A stretch of DNA of 63,480 nucleotides, counting the filler, from Reticulomyxa filosa (lineage: Eukaryota > Protista > Foraminifera): NCBI GenBank assembly GCA_000512085.1. It is 24 parts of 24 records of this genome, joined end to end, with 100 filler letters (N's around TTAATTAATTAA, not from the genome) between each part and the next. Parts side by side here need not be neighbours in the genome. Positions count along the whole stretch, not along the records: positions 61,469 to 63,480 come from ASPP01008876.1; 23 more parts are not named here. One strand, given 5' to 3'. The translations under genes were made by a program, and so were the position numbers. The notes below the pieces were generated by a model. That model saw nothing but the letters and a program-made list of their open reading frames with translations. It did not search any database and was not told the DNA's origin. This document shows, in pieces, positions 63,473 to 63,480 of this stretch. Within the stretch, counting starts at the first letter, position 1. The number at the start of each line of letters is the position of its first letter.

Positions 63473-63480
63473 TATTTTTT

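Noticed and set aside
1-63480. rRNA, tRNA or CRISPR loci
   Set aside because: None recognised by eye. tRNAscan-SE/Infernal would be needed to exclude small RNAs.

Overview
This window is not one locus. It is 24 short eukaryotic contigs joined by 23 artificial 100-bp spacers (44 N + TTAATTAATTAA + 44 N), so gene neighbourhood only means something within a contig. The DNA is AT-rich, has short GT-AG introns and uses the standard genetic code. The gene-family signatures (expanded WD40 family with 'IGVIGGNGYTICSGS', 'ILWNILKYPKHIKY' PUB-like fragments) suggest to me the foraminiferan Reticulomyxa filosa or a close relative; this is inference, not a database match. Recognisable content: a complete Tc1-type transposon with 197-bp TIRs, LINE remnants, a divergent actin, arsenite methyltransferase, an ABCG 3' end, KDM5/JARID1, a CCCH+MLLE protein, a carbon-nitrogen hydrolase, a ZIP transporter, several WD40 genes including UTP21, PrpD, AP-1 gamma, a HAD_SAK_2-like phosphatase, a diacylglycerol kinase 3' end, and decayed copies of Hsp90, eRF1 and proteasome alpha7. 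The most interesting window-wide signal is intron architecture. Many acceptors are preceded by A-runs instead of a polypyrimidine tract, often after a TTGAY motif, while U-runs follow the donors, and several introns are self-complementary. This suggests structure-assisted, possibly U2AF65-independent, splicing.
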